NCBI RefSeq assembly: GCF_021028975.2 | Contig: NC_059427.1 | Coordinates: 118,544,001-118,608,000, forward strand | Direction: 5' to 3' | From: Sphaerodactylus townsendi | Lineage: Eukaryota | Length of the DNA: 64,000 bases | Part shown: positions 36,467 to 50,427 of the stretch, one piece after another | Position numbering within the stretch: position 1 is the stretch's first letter | Layout: every line of letters starts with the position of its first letter | The notes under the pieces: model-generated | The model's database searches: none | The model's input: the letters and a program-made list of their open reading frames with translations, nothing else | Told to the model about the DNA's origin: nothing | Made by a program: the position numbers and the translations under genes

Positions 36467-39336
36467 TCCTAGATTGTTGTGGGCGGGCGGGACTTATGTT
36501 AATTCCTCATGGCTTGCAAGACATGGCTGTTCCACTAGGCCTTTTCCAACTAGCCAGCCAGATTGTCTGAACATAATTTAAAAAAAATTTGGTCTCCAGG
36601 GGGAGGAGGAAGGGAGGGATGGTGGAAAGAACGAATTTATGCAGCATTAATTTTAAACTATTTTTACTTTTTTAAAGTGTTAACTGATCATTTTAAACGA
36701 GGGTTTATATTTTAATATTTATTTATTGTTGAATTGTGTTGTGATTCACCCAGAGCCCTTCGGGGATAAGGGCAGGATATAAATCCAAAATAAATAAATG
36801 ATAGTCTTTTCCCTATGGACTGATTTGATATTCAGCAGCAACACTTTTAAGCCTAAAGTCATATTAGCACGTATAGTATAGTATACCTATGGTGAGTAAA
36901 GTATAGTATACCTATGGTTTGAGTGAAGGAGCAGAATGGGATAGGCCTTATGCACTAGACCCCTCTTTCCTTTTCCTTGCTTAAACTCTGACTGCTGCCA
37001 TATCTTCCTCTATTGTCTTCCACTCCTCAATTGCTGCTTTCACCCATGGTAGCTGCAGAGAAGCTGGATAGCAGTGCTTGCAATTTATTTATACATGTTA
37101 TTATAGATACCATTAGGGTCTTGTGTATGCTATTGCTATTATATGGTATAGTGTTTAGATTCCTTAACCTGACTGAAAGTCCCACACATTGTTTTGCGCC
37201 TTCAAACTCTCAGCCTAATTAATAATCCCTCCTCTTCTTGCTTCTCAATTCCCTCTCTTATCAAATAAACTCTGTATCAGGTTGGATTTGATGGTAGTGA
37301 AGCCTTCTCCATATGGCTTGAACCTTTCCAGTGGAGTGCCACAAAATCAGAGGGGGCAGAATAAACGTTTGATTTGCAGAGAACTTTGTAAAAGTTTGGT
37401 TGCACTGTGACTGTCAAAACATTTCTGTGCAGCTGTGGTGTGTATGATGGCACTGGGTCTGGAGAAGTGTGTTGAGCTGTCCTCTAGTACTGAGTTTTTA
37501 TTATGTAGCTTGTTAGTATAGTAAAAAGAGCAGATGCTGCAATGAAATCCCCTTCTCAAAGATATGTTGAAGAGCCATCTTCCTCCAGTAGAGGGAAGCA
37601 AATTCTACAAAAATAGAAAGCCAATGTTTATGCTCATAGTGGACGTTGTTAGATCCTCCCATGCCAAGTAGCATATCGGGCAAAAAGTGGTCTCCAGCAT
37701 TTCCGGTCTTGGGTATCTTTAAAACTGTACATTCTTCCTCTTTCAATTAAACTGCTCTCAGTCAGGACCCTAGATTCTTTTTACCAAAAACCAAGAAAAA
37801 TTAGTTTTCAAAATGTTATTGGACAGTTTTCTGTCAGTTGCAGGGACTCAAAGCTTTAGCCGGGGATTCTATGTCCTTTTCTTGGAAAATCAGATTTTGG
37901 CTATTTCGTGATACCAAAGTATCCATATTAACAATCGTGAATGTGTGAGTTCACTTCTAGCATACTTCCTCCTATGCCAAATGCAGCTTATGCAATCTAG
38001 GAAACTTTGAGCCGAATTCAGATGGGGGAAAGTGTTTAGAGAGCACAGAGGGCCACGCCAACATATTTGCCCCTTCCATGGGCACACGGGGCACCTACAC
38101 TGGCAGAGGGGGAAAAGGCATCGGCTGCCCCTCATTCCCACAGCGGCAAAAACCTGAACTCTGGGCCCCTGTGGAGCAGTTCTGGCATCCCAATTGGACA
38201 TCAGCATGGGGGCAGGATGGACAGGTTGTTTCCAGGTGTGAAGCTGACATTAGTCGACTTCAACCCAGGTTTGCAGCTGGTTGTGCCACTGCCCAGTCCA
38301 TTAAGCCCTATGGAAGGCTTTTTGGCAGTGGTGTTTTTTTTTTTTTTAAGTTTTCTGCCTCCCCTCACCGCCAGAAAGCCCTCTGAAGGTGGTTGGGCGG
38401 TGCTGTCCCTGGCCACCTGGGAATCTGGATTTACAATTGTCAGGTTTGTTTGATTTTAATCTATCAAAGTGAAACTGGAAGGCCAGACCTTTGTAAGGAA
38501 TTTAAGCAATTAGAAGATAGAGATATTTGAATACATGTAGACTACCACTTTTTCAAAGAATCATATCACTATTCTGTTAGATTTTGTCTCTTGCACTAAC
38601 TTTTCTGATAGTTTTTCTAAGATGAAAAGTCTTGGTAAGTGCTCTGGGACAAAAGAAATACCAATCCGTTGCTGCTTCCCCAAATGTCTATTTTAATTCA
38701 CTTCCCTTTTGAGTTGTGCCTGGAGCTCAGCTCTGTTCCTTCTCCTTTTGAAATATAATGCAGCATGGAAGAAAATATTAAGTACTGCAGCTGCTTTGTT
38801 CCAAAAATTGTATTATCTGCATGCTAATAATCACAGTCTTGCTAGGATTATCTATCTTCTAGCTACAACCCAAGGAATGTTCCACTTGCCTAGGCCATTG
38901 TTGGATTTCCTTGGTCCCAGTCCTCAGGAAAGGAATAAAAGCCATTTCAGCTAATGAAGTTATAAACCTTGAACCACTATCCAACTACAGTGCTTTGGTT
39001 TATGCCAGCTACGTTGAATTTAATTTAAGTAAATTGGGCTGAATCAAAAGAATTCGACACACCTTTTACATTTTTTACCTTTCTCTGTTAATCTAGGCAG
39101 GCAATTTCCACTTAAATTGGGGAAATTAGCTGAAAACAGAACGAGGGGGTATAACTAGGATCCATAGCCTATGTATACCAGGATGGCCCCATGTGAAAAA
39201 CTCTAAAAATAAGCAGGCAGTGGTCAGCACAGAAATGAGTTTTATTAAAAAAAAATAAAACCCAACTTCATACTCGAGTAGCATTTAGTGAAGGGTGATA
39301 ATTACCAGTCCTAAAAAGACTGTGGAAGCAGCATGT

Positions 39337-39483
39337 CAGGGTCTGCAACCTGCGGCTCTCCAGATGTTCATGGACTACAATTCCCATCAGTCCCTGCCAG
39401 CATAGCCAATTGACCATGCTGGCAGGGGCTGATGGGAACTGTAGTCCATTAACATCTGGAGAGCCGCAGGTTGCAGACCCCTG
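39337..39483. mobile_element. Palindromic hAT MITE (CAGGG-terminus variant)
   Basis: Same core (CCAGATGTT...ACTACAATTCCCATCAG) with termini CAGGGTCTGCAACC / GGTTGCAGACCCCTG. Confidence 0.85.
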
Positions 39484-40921
39484 AAAGAGAAAACAGTAAT
39501 TATGGAAGGAGGACCCACACGCCAAGGGGGCGTGGTGGCATGGATATGAAGACACACAAACACACCAGGGCAAAAGGACCTGGTTTTGTACCCCAGAACG
39601 GGTCCTGAGGTGATGTGAGTTGTTACGGCAGGGATGCCAGAGATTGAAGGAGTGGATTGCTTTTTCAGGGTTTCAAACTAAAGATGTAGGCTGCCGTTGA
39701 TGGTTCATAAATGCAAATGTCTGGATCATTTGGAAGCAGAATTAATGGAAACTGGACTGCTTGGAGTGCTGATTAAACCACCTTGAGCAGGGGGAAAAGC
39801 CCCTTCCTACTCAGGCTTGAAAACAACAAATGGATCCTAAAAACCTATTTGAAGGGCATCCATTTTGGGAGAGCAGTGCCCTGCTCTGCTGTCAATCTTA
39901 GAGACCCCCTTGCCTCCAATGAAGCCCTATAGTGGGAGGAATGGTCCAACTGCTAATACCTACATGGAACAAAAACCCAGTTCCACAATACATTCGGGTG
40001 CTTTCTATTGGGTAATAAAACTGGGCTCATGTGTACATGTCTTCTGAAAAATGTGAGGTGTGTGCTGTCAATGTTAAGTGGGGGGTGAAGATGGAAGTCT
40101 GAGGTCCTTCTAAAACGTATGTGCAATGCTATTTGCTTTGTCTGGCTTACAGTTCTATGGCTTCTCTTTGGGTGCTGTGCCAGAATCCAAACAAGCATTA
40201 GAAGCTGTAGAATACAGATATGAAGCTAGGGGTGGAATTCTCTGGCCTTTGTACTCCCCCTGGTTCAACCAGTTGTATCTGTCTTCTTTCAAAATTTAGA
40301 ATGGGTAAAAGCTCTTCTCTCTTCTCTACAAACCATAAAAGCAGACCACTTGTCACTACCACCACCCCTTCTCAAGGCTACTCAAACAATCGGTGTCTGG
40401 CTATATATCAGCCTGGTGATGATTGAAGCCCCACCAACAAATAGTGGTTGTACTGTCAGGCTGTTGTGCATTCTTTCTCCTTTTTCTTTTTTAGCTGACA
40501 CAGGAGGGGGAGCTGTTGGACTAATCATTCCTGTTTGCAGGAGAGCCGAATAGCCCCAGGAGATAAGTTTGGCATGCACTCTTTAATTTCCCTTTCCTGC
40601 CTGAAGTCTTGCGCTGTGTGACAAGTCAAGTAATGCTCGTTTCCTATGAAAATGCTTTTACCTTGGAGGAAGAATAAAAAGCAGTCATTGGGAAGAAACA
40701 TATTGTAGTTCTAGGCAACAATTAGCAGCTATCCTTATAAACCCAACAGGACGATTACTGTTCAGTGCTTTCAGTGAAAACTTTAACTCTGCTTGAAATG
40801 TCTTCTGTTGCTTTGTGCTTCATTTTAAATATATTTAGGGGCCCTTCCCACCTTGCTGTTGTAAGACAGAGGTCTGTTTCCCACCAGTGCCCTCTGCAAA
40901 GTTTGAAACCTTCCTCTGTCC

Positions 40922-41089
40922 CAGGGATAGGGAACCTGTGGCTCTCCAGATGTTCAGGAACTACAATTCCCATCAGCCCCTACCAGCATGGCCAATTGGC
41001 TGCTGGTTCAACCAGTTGGCCATGCTGACAGAGGCTGATGGGAATTGTAGTTCCTGAACATCTGGAGAGCCGCAGGTTCCCTACCCCTG
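40922..41089. mobile_element. Palindromic hAT MITE (third terminus variant)
   Basis: CAGGGATAGGGAACC...GGTTCCCTACCCCTG with the same core. Confidence 0.85.
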
Positions 41090-41569
41090 CGAGTCTGTCC
41101 TAAGGATCCTTCTTCCAACATCCTTTGGTGGAAAAGTTGGCAGAAGGCTTCCAACTGTGCTAAGTGTAGAGGGCCTGGGTGAGAGGGTAAAAACTATAGT
41201 GTATATAGTTCTCCGAATGGATAAAGTGCTTTATAGATCTTGTTCATTCTTTCACCATCCCTGTGAATCAAGTGTTTCATATTCCAATTGTATATATGAA
41301 TAAAGCTTTGACCAGAGAGATGGTTTTTGATCCAAGGCTGCACATTTGATCCAAGCAAACAACTGAGGTTCATGTGCATGAGCAGGCTCTTCTGCGTGCA
41401 AACTGCTTGCTGGAACCAGGCACTGCATGCACTGACCAGATGCACAGCCACGTTGTGATTCATGGCAGGAAGCAAGTCATTTCTGCTGCACCATTTGGAT
41501 GGGACACACATTCCCATTTGTTTTGCAGTATGAATAAAAATGTTCACCATCACTGGGGAGGGGGGGGCT

Positions 41570-41775
41570 TTTTGCAGTCAAGTCACAGCTGACTTTCGGC
41601 AACCCTTGGTGGGGTTTTCAGTGCAAGAGACATTCAGAGGTGGTTTGCCACTGCCTGCCTCTGGGTCACAACCCTGGTATTTCTTGGGAGTCTCCCATCC
41701 AAATACCACCCAGGGCTGACCCTGATTAGCTCCCAAGATTTGAAGAGATCAAGCTAGGCTGGGCTATCTAGGTCA
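41570..41775 (-). mobile_element. Full-length 5S-rRNA-derived SINE
   Basis: The minus strand reads ...TGATCTCTTCAAATCTTGGGAGCTAATCAGGGTCAGCCCTGGGTGGTATTTGGATGGGAGACTCCCAAGAAATACC (5S-like), then an RTE-like tail GGCAAACCACCTCTGAA...AGTCAGCTGTGACTTGA. Confidence 0.8.
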
Positions 41776-42206
41776 TACTGGACAGTTAATCTAATGTAAC
41801 TCTTCGCTGCACAGATCTATGCATTAGCGATCCATGCTAAGTGGGCAGTTTCCACCAATTCCCCCTTCTGACCTCCCTCTTGTCTTTGCTCAGTGTCCCC
41901 TCTCCCTCGGAAGCAACATTTTGTGGTGGGGAGGAGAGGAAAGGCAGGAAAATTTCAGCTTTTTGATGGGAAACATAGTCAGAATCCAACCCCTATCTCT
42001 GGATTAAGAAACTGAACTAAAGTCCTGTTTGTAATCTACAGGCTCACTGGTTCTAAATCCAAGTCCATCCATGATGGACAGAATCCTTTGGATTGTGTGA
42101 AGTGAACGTTCATTTTTAGCAAAAGAAAAATAAAAACATATATGAATGATCTGATAGACTGAGATAGGAGAGTCTGTACAAGCCTGCAGGTGCTGAGTGA
42201 TTAAGA

Positions 42207-42395
42207 GGGCTGGTGTAGTGGTTAGAGTGTTGGATTAGGACCTGGGAGGACCAGTTTAGGATCCCCTGCTCAAATATGGAAGTCTGCCTTGGGTCTGTCA
42301 CAATCTCTCAACCTAGCCTACTTCACAAGGTTGTTGTGAGAATTAAGGAGAACAATGTGAAAATCCAGGTTGGGTCCTCAATCAGGGAGAAATAT
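42207..42395 (+). mobile_element. tRNA-derived SINE (Squam3/MIR-like)
   Basis: TGGTGTAGTGGTTAGAGTGTTGG A-box head and CTAGCCTACTTCACAAGGTTGTTGTGAG body. Confidence 0.75.
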
Positions 42396-42959
42396 CAGAT
42401 TTTTTAAAAAATACAATTTACAAAGTAAGCACCAGTGATGTATTATGCCAGTTAATTATTGGGAAGAGGTTTACATGTAGACCATGGTTGGGCTGAAGAA
42501 TTCATTATGTGGCCAGTCTATTCCCAGCATCATTTATCAAAATCCCACATAGGCCCTGGGGCTTTAACTAGGTGAATTAGCTTTTTATCTTTTTAGTGCC
42601 CTGCAGTCTACAGACAAATCGCCAAATAAATGCCCTGCCTACAGCCCTTATGCTCCAAGGATTACCGTGGAAGCCAGGATTGGATTAAATCCCTGGAAGC
42701 AGTGGGGGAAGTGCGCTCACAAAGCCATCTTCACTCAACCTGATTAGGGAACTTGCTTACTGTATATTAGTCTCCGCACGCACGCCCCCCCCCCAAAAAA
42801 AAACACCCCTCATAGGTCTTTGTAGGGGACGGAGGGAGTCGATTCCCCACTTTTATGCGCTGTTGTAAATTGCATCCCCCCAAGGATCAGGGCCTCCACC
42901 CAAGCAAGAGCAAGGAAGCCATCGCAACTTGTGTTCCCTGAGTAGCACAGGAGGCAGCT

Positions 42960-43218
42960 GTGGGCAGGGCCTCGGGAAATGACGCGTGTGTTGTGAAACC
43001 CGACCCCGCTTTAGAAAAGAAGGAATTTCGCCCGCTGCTGCTGCTGCTGCTGTCAGAGGGTTGCGTGCAGGCAGACCTCTGCAAGTCGCCAGGGCCGGCC
43101 AGTAGCCCAGCGTCCGCCGGAGAGCAGAGACGGGCAGGAGGCGGCGGCGGCGCGTGATTACGAGCACCCGCAGCAGCAGCTCCCGAGGTCAGGGGCGGAC
43201 GGCAGAGCTGCGGGCGAG
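42960..43218 (+). promoter_or_regulatory. CpG island / 5' region of MXRA7
   Basis: High CpG. TGACGC at 42980, GC box GGGGCGGAC at ~43192, (CTG)6 at 43035-43052, GGC repeat at ~43141. Confidence 0.7.
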
Positions 43219-43749
43219 ATGGAGGCGGCGGTGGAGTGGTACTTCGCGCTCCCGCTGCTCTTCACAGTGCTGGCCGTCATCCTCGCCTCGGTCTTTGTGA
43301 AGCTGAGATCCTCGGCGGAGGACAAAGGTGTAGCAGAGAGAGCGGCGGCGGCGAAGCAAGAAGGCGAGGGACAGCCCCGAGCCGCGGAGACCCAAGCGAA
43401 GGCTGCAGCAGACCGGGAAGAGGGGACCGGAGGAGGGCGGGAGGACGGAGAGGGACCTCCGAGGACCGAAACGGGCGAGGAAGCAAAGGGCAAGGGGGAA
43501 AGGGTCCCGGAGGAAGACATCGGGACTGAAGGGGAGGAGGACGAAAAGAAAGAGGAGCCTCGCGAGGGAGAGGAGGACGCTGCACCCCGGACTGCGCGCG
43601 CGGAAGCGCAGAGTCACCCTCCGGAGATGAAGGCAGTTGCCGCCGCCGCCGCCGCCGCCTCTGCGTTTGTTGGTGCTGCCGTGGAGGGGGAAGAAGAGCC
43701 GGAGGACGACGAAGACGACGAGGGCGAGGAAGACGACGAGGAGAGCAAG
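43219..43749 (+). CDS. MXRA7: Matrix remodeling-associated protein 7, exon 1
   Basis: MEAAVEWYFALPLLFTVLAVILASVFVKLR (N-terminal TM/signal anchor) followed by an acidic E/A/G/P-rich region. Donor AAG|GTAAAG at 43749/43750. Syntenic position after JMJD6. The diagnostic FSFKYSPGKLRG exon was not found in the window. Confidence 0.85.
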
Positions 43750-43758
43750 GTAAAGGAG

Positions 43759-43761
<3 letters not shown>

Positions 43762-43788
<27 letters not shown>
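43762..43788 (+). repeat. (CTG)9 microsatellite
   Basis: Directly visible, 12 nt downstream of the MXRA7 exon 1 donor. Confidence 0.98.
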
Positions 43789-43789
<1 letters not shown>

Positions 43790-46700
43790 GGGGAAGCAGG
43801 AGGGGGTCTGGCAGCTTTCTCGAGCGCCCCCTCCTCCCTGCAATTCTGGCATCTCTGCCGGGGGGGGGGCGCGGCGGCGGGGGGTCTGTTCAAGAGTTTA
43901 TGGATGCGAGTGGGTAAAGAGAGTCCGCGCTTTTGCAGAGGTTGGTCTTGAGAACTCTCCGCCTCTGTGAAAGTGCTCCAACTGCAGGATGTTAGCCGAG
44001 GAGGATAAACTCTCTTCCCTGGCCTCGCCACTCAGCAAGCCCATGATGCAAAGAATCCATGTAATATGAGTGTGGTTGCGCATTGCTTTGTTGCCCGGTG
44101 CTTGCTCGGTATTTCAGGCAATTGCTGGGCAGACTTCCAGCCGTCAGGATGTCCCGTCTTACAGCAGGCAATCGTTTTTAGCTAGCCTGGTCAACTTGCA
44201 CTATGTAGAAGATAAGCAAGGGAGGAGGATCCTGACATCTCTGCACATCTTACCCTCAGTGTCAGTTATAAACAACAGGCTACTTAGATGGCTTCTTGCA
44301 GTTCCTTCTGATCTGTTTCTCCAAGTGGAGACCGAGAGCATCCTTCCATCCACTGCCCTAAATGATCAGCTCAAGAGGTCCACCTGTTGCTTCCCTATTG
44401 AACTCGGCAGCAAGGATGGTTTTCTCTGCTCTCAGCAAGGCTTTCCGTCTCCTCCGCCATTCAGGAAGCAAAGCATGAGATTAGCAGAGAAAAGGCCTAC
44501 TTGATAACCAGACAAGTAAATAGCATTGCACATGAGACTAATGACTAAATGTAAGCACAGACAGCTGTGCTTTGCTCCAAGTGGATTTGTGAACTTCTAA
44601 ATGAGATTCACAAAGCTACTTCAAGCTCAGCACGGTTGTCTGTTCCTACAGTTAGTTTTTTCTTTCTTTCTCTGGGCTTAGTTCCTGAGAAGGAAAGTGG
44701 CACTTCTCCATGCAAGGTGAAATCGCCCCCTTCTCTCCCCCACCCTGCAGTCTGAGGAATGACAGGTCGGATTCCCCACTTCCTGCAGCCTCATGTTTTC
44801 CCATAGTCTAAAGAGAAACAAATCATGATGTCACTTATTGTTTTCAAAAACATTCCCTGGCTACGAAGCAGGGCATGAGGCAGTGGCATGCAGTGAAAGT
44901 AAATCAGCCTCCCACATGCGGCACGGGATTGTTTCTGATTAAAAATAAATGAGCAGCCCTAAGGACACAAAGAGGGCGCGCGCCTTCCCAAAACACCAGC
45001 ATTCGATAGGCAGTGAGCTAGACAGGAAGCCAGATTTTGTTAGCCAGTTGTAGGATCTGGTGTGCTATCTAGGAGTTGTTTCTGGAGTTGCTTTAAAGAA
45101 CCAGAAATGGGAAGGGGACATAACTAGTCATGATGGGCAAAAGACCAGGATCCCAACTTCTGTTTCTACGGAATACATTTCAAATTCCCTGCTGGTGGTG
45201 GTGGAGGTGGAACCAGTGACTGATTTCCAAAATGGGACATGTTGAGATTAAGCCCTCGAACTAGAAGCCCTTTTCTCTCTTCTTCAAATGGGTGCTGGTC
45301 ATTTGTAATAGGTAGTAAAGGAAGGAAAGGCACTATTTGTTGCAGGTTTCAGGGCTGACTTGGGCAACATCTTCACTTGCCAACTTAAATTCAGCCCTGT
45401 TTATGACAGGTGGACATCTATTACACTTGAAATAGGAAGATAATCACACTGGAAAGGTGTCTTCATTAAGGGCTTAAGTTCAGCCTCGCCGCTGCTGCAG
45501 CATTCTTGGTTGGGGACGAAAAAGCTTAAATGTTTTTACTTGTGGGTTTTAACGTAATGTGTATTAACGGTATCATTTTTTAAAAAAAAATCTGGTGTGT
45601 TGTAGGGGCTAGCGGTATGATCCATCAACTGGGAAGGAAGTCTGTGATCCTAAGGAATAACATGAAACTTACTTCTGAGTATATCTGTTTGGGCTTATTC
45701 CCTAAGTCCCAGTTCACATTGATCTCTGACCACTGAACATCTACAGTCAATATCGGCTTCCTATCTCTAAAATGGGGCTACTGATATCATCATGGCAAAT
45801 ATTCCTGAAATGATGGAAGTTAATGTTCTCTGAATGCTCAGAAAGAGCTGTAGAAAGACATTTTCATTATTATTACACATTGTTATGTTATGCACTGACA
45901 AAAATAGCCAGGGATAAAAATAGGGTAGGGAGGGGGGAAAGTTTCAATTGAAACCTCTGGGAGGCCCAATCTGTGTGCTTACCTCAGACAAAATCTCACT
46001 AAAGTCCCTTCTCACCGGGCAGTACCAGGAAGAGAATTAGAGATGGCCCTGATTACAGAGTGTGGCATTTATACTGCCCAGTTTGCTTCAGCCTCATAAC
46101 TTTCCTGTCTTGCAGCCGGTGCCATGTCCCTCCAGCATAAATACCACCTTTGCTTGGAAACAGTGCAGACTTAGCACATCCTAAAACAGACTCCCACAGC
46201 CCATATGCCAAGAGGGGAAGGAGGAGGTTTATTTGTTTTTCCTTATTCCTGGGCCCAGTGATTACCTTTCATGCCCCTAGTTTATGCCTGTGCCTATTTA
46301 TGCTTCCGGACACCCCAGGGGAAACGTGGGAGCAGGACCCTCAGCAGCCTTTCTGATTAAGATAGAGTTGCGGTTAACCAGCTGGGTATCTGAGCACTGC
46401 TCAGACTAGCTGCAGGGTACAGAGCAGGCCGGGGCTCTTCTGGCTGGAAATGTACAGCAATCTTGGGGAAACGGCTGACAGTCCCAACAGCGTGCTTGGC
46501 TGGAGTCACACCACCACTGTGTTATGTCTGTTGCATAGGAAGGGATGACCTTTACCCTAACTGGCTTGACCCCTTTCTCACCTTTTCCATACTTTTTCAC
46601 TCCCTGTGTTAGCCACAGTTTAGCCAGGTTTCTAAAGTGCTGATAAAAACTACATTTACTCCAACTGTGTACTTAAGATTACCACATTTTACCACCTCTT

Positions 46701-49700
46701 GACTGTCTGCACCAACGAGATGTTGCCTTGTTCATTCTGTGACAATCTTCTGAGACAATCACCACTACAGACTAAATGGCAGTTTCTTCTGTCTCTGGCT
46801 CTGTGTTGATTGAACTTTGCTTTACAAGCAAGGCTGTAGCATGAACACAGCTCAACTTTTATGATTTTACATGAACTCTAGTGAAGAATGTTGACTCCTG
46901 CTAATCTCAGTTTTCAGGATTTTAAAACCCAAAGCTGTTTCTGCACCAGCAGAAAACAGCACCCTAGGGACAGTAAAAACACTGTCCCTGGGGCACTGTT
47001 CGCACAGCTGGTGCAGCAGCGCTGTGCCAACCCTCCCAAAATGGCAGGAAACCGCCATTTTTAAACTCCTGCCCTGAGCGAGTTTTTTCAAAAGTGGCGT
47101 CTTTGTGCTGGCGTGGTACGAAGCGCACCAGCATGAGAGCATCGCTTTTGGCCCCTCCAGTTTTCTGTTTACTTAAGTCTCCTCCCTGCGCAGCTCTGGT
47201 CGGCTGGAGGGACACACCCATGCTGCCCTCCGACCTCCAGGGGCGTGTCCCTCCATCCATTCAGAGCTGTGCAGGGAAGAGAGGTAAAATGAACAGGATG
47301 AACCCGAGGCGGCTCCATGTGGAGCTGCCTGTGCGGTTCACTGCAGCTTCGGGGCTGCCTGCACGAGGCCATGTGAGCTGTCCCGAGCCTCCACAGGCAT
47401 TAATTATGCCTGTGAAGAGTTGCCCAAGTTTCTATGAGCATGAAGATATGGACATGCCTTTATGAGCATGAAGATAATTTTAGGGAGGAAAGATTGTGGT
47501 GTTTCTACCTTTCAAGATATAAGAGTTTTGTACTCAATTCCCTGTATATTCTATCTTAGGCTGGCAGTGAAGATGGTGGGGACAGGGTAGGAGAACTACC
47601 ATTAAAGATTCTGGTGTGCATCCTCCCACCCTGCTCATCAAAGTTGAAGCCTTCCTGCAGTCTATGAACACTCCTTAGGCTGGAAGAAGGCTTAAAGCTT
47701 TGATCGTTTGAGTAGTAAGATTAATACCAGTGTTTCCGAACGTGCTTCTCCTATGCCATCCCCGTCATCATAACACTCCCCCTGCTCCTCTGCAGAGGTT
47801 TGGAACTGTTGCATATCTGTGCTGAGAGTGCTGATTCTTGTTGGTTAGTACCAAATGTATCCATCTGTAGCAATATGCACATTCCACTAATGGAGGAGTC
47901 TCAGTCTAGCATTCTTGCTGGAAAACTTAAAAAGAATTGTGCTTGGTTTTGTGTGTGATAGTATATATACTATTTCAAAAGGGATTTATGGGGAGAGATG
48001 GATAGATGGCTGGAATTCAATCTTGAATACTGAATAGTTTGATTTAAAATAATTTAATCCCATTGAGGATTAACTGGTTTAACTGTTGTGTGTTGCGTAT
48101 GGTTTCATCTAAACTATATTCTGAATATCTTGCCAACAAACCTCCAAACCTGCCAACTCTCTTCCTGACCATTCTGTCTTCCTGCTTGCTATCTCCTGCG
48201 TTGAGGTATCAGGGGATTACTTTCATATCCCTCACCCCGTCCCATCTCATTGGATCTTCAAAGCCAGCGAGGATATCCTGATTTATTATGTCTCTGCCAT
48301 TTGCAGCATGTTGTTTATAGGAAGAATGGCTCCATTTAGGTTACTTGCTTTGCATAGCTTTGCTCGGCTGGTTCCAGGAGAAGGCTGTGTCTGGCATCCA
48401 GGGAAATGGAGAGGAGGAAGAGACATTTTTCTGCACTGAGTATGTGCTTGAAAGGACTGGCCTGGCAGAGTGCATGCATGATCTGGTGCGTGCAAGGCTT
48501 CTTTGAGTAGGCTATTTGTTTAGCTGGTATTCAAGCACATGTTGCCCTCAGAATTCAAGATGGGTGGCAGTTGCTGCAGTTCAGAGAAGTGCTGTCACTT
48601 GATCCTTGAAAACTTGACTTGAGACATTTTTGGTCTCTAATATCTCTCACTAAAACTTAAATAAGATAATCTTTGAAAATTTCAGTGAAAATAAGAAAGT
48701 TTCAATGTCCCTTAACCATAGGATCACCTACTTTATGTTCAGTTCCCAGAAGATGGTTTCCTGGATTTGGCTTTCGGGTTGTTACTTCATAAATACTAGG
48801 TCATCTTCTATCTGAGAGAGGTTTTTTTAAAAACTTGTAAAATGAAAAAAATGGCCTAGATCCACCAGAAGGATTCTATGGACAGAAGAAATTATGTCTG
48901 TAAAGTGTGACTTTGCAGCCTGGCCTCTCTCAAGGCACTCCAAAATGCCCCTCGAGCAATAATTCAAGCAGTGAATTCTCTCTCTTAATAGCTGCTTCCT
49001 GAAATCATTTAACTGGAGATGCCAAGGGCAGAAACTTCTGCATGTGAAGATGTATATTGTTGAACTGAACCTCTCCTTCAGTGTAAATGCTTGGTGGAGT
49101 CATCAGTGGTTTACTTGTCATTCTCCCCGAAATGGGAATGCCACTTCACTTCTGGTATCTGTTTGCTCTTTTAAAAAAGAAAGTAGAGGAAATCAGTAGA
49201 AGTACCAAGCAATACTAAACAACCCTTCACTTTTAAAATATGCTAATTTTTATAGGTTTTAGGAAACAAGACTCCTAACATGGAGTTTTGGTAAGGTAGA
49301 GCCATTCGAATGGTGTATTGTGAAGACACCACTGCGTTTGAATACCAAGAAGGGTCTGGATAAATGTGTGGTTGTTTTGCCTATAAAAATAGTACTTGCC
49401 ATATGAGTAAAGTTTACATTTGTGTCTGAAATGATTTATTAACAAAATATTTTTATCTAATTGCAGAAAATTCAGAGAATTAGAGTTACTTACTGCCTCA
49501 GACAGTAAGACATGCTGGGCTCTGGTGTCAGTTCTGCGACAACCTCTGGGGCTCACTCAAAAGGCAGTGTTTTTTGCTTTGAAATTGAACTGCCACATGA
49601 ACATGGGCAGAAAAATGAGAATAATTATCTCCCATTTAATTTTCCAGATGTGTCACACTGGGACATTCATAGATTTTGCCAAAGCGTTCATCAAGCTGTT

Positions 49701-50427
49701 AAAATGTTTTTGATAAAGATTTTCTTAGAGTGAATAGAACTAATAGCTGCTCATTTATGTCAAACCAGATTGCTTATGCCACACATCCTCATATATGAAA
49801 TAAGAGCTGGCTTATATATACCAGTCTGCTGTTCAATAACTTTATTATTAATATATTTAGCACCATACTTATATACATGGATCTGTGTGGAATAATTTGA
49901 ACCAAACAACAATAACAAAAGGACAACACTGAATTTTTCATCATTTGATTACTCACCAGCTGACTTGCAACTGAAATGCATTATGTTTGAGTTGATATGA
50001 AATCTCTGTGCATGGTCTTTGATAAGACATGACTCATGCACACATGGAAGTCATCACTTGTTTTGCAGTTGTACATGTGCAAACCATTCCCATGAGGCCA
50101 AGTTGTTTTTCCTGATACAATTGCAGTACAGGATGCAGGTCAACTTTTACACCTTTGAAATCGTCACTTGCATATCCACTCATACAGGATAGCAAAGTCA
50201 CCTCTGACTATGAGATATACATCTAATCATCATCTCACTCACTGTGCCCTTTGTACAGTCCCACAAGGGAACCGGGCATTTGCAGGCCAGCACTGGAAAG
50301 TTCTAGAGCTTGAAGAAGTGGGAGGCTCTCCCTCTTCCCTCTCCTGCTTCTGAATTAAAGGAGGAGGTGGGGCTGACCTTTTACCTCAGTTCCCTCTTCA
50401 CTACTACAGAAAGAAGATGTCCTAGAA

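Noticed and set aside
37585-37599. CTCF-like CCAGTAGAGGGAAGC between JMJD6 and MXRA7
   Set aside because: A partial motif match only, expected by chance without ChIP or conservation data.
41570-41775. 5S rRNA gene
   Set aside because: It lacks the true 5S 5' end, is diverged and carries a retroposon tail, so it is a SINE.
43189-44031. 280-aa and 191-aa antisense ORFs over MXRA7 exon 1
   Set aside because: Low-complexity GC-rich sequence depleted of stops, with polyQ arising from the CTG repeat.
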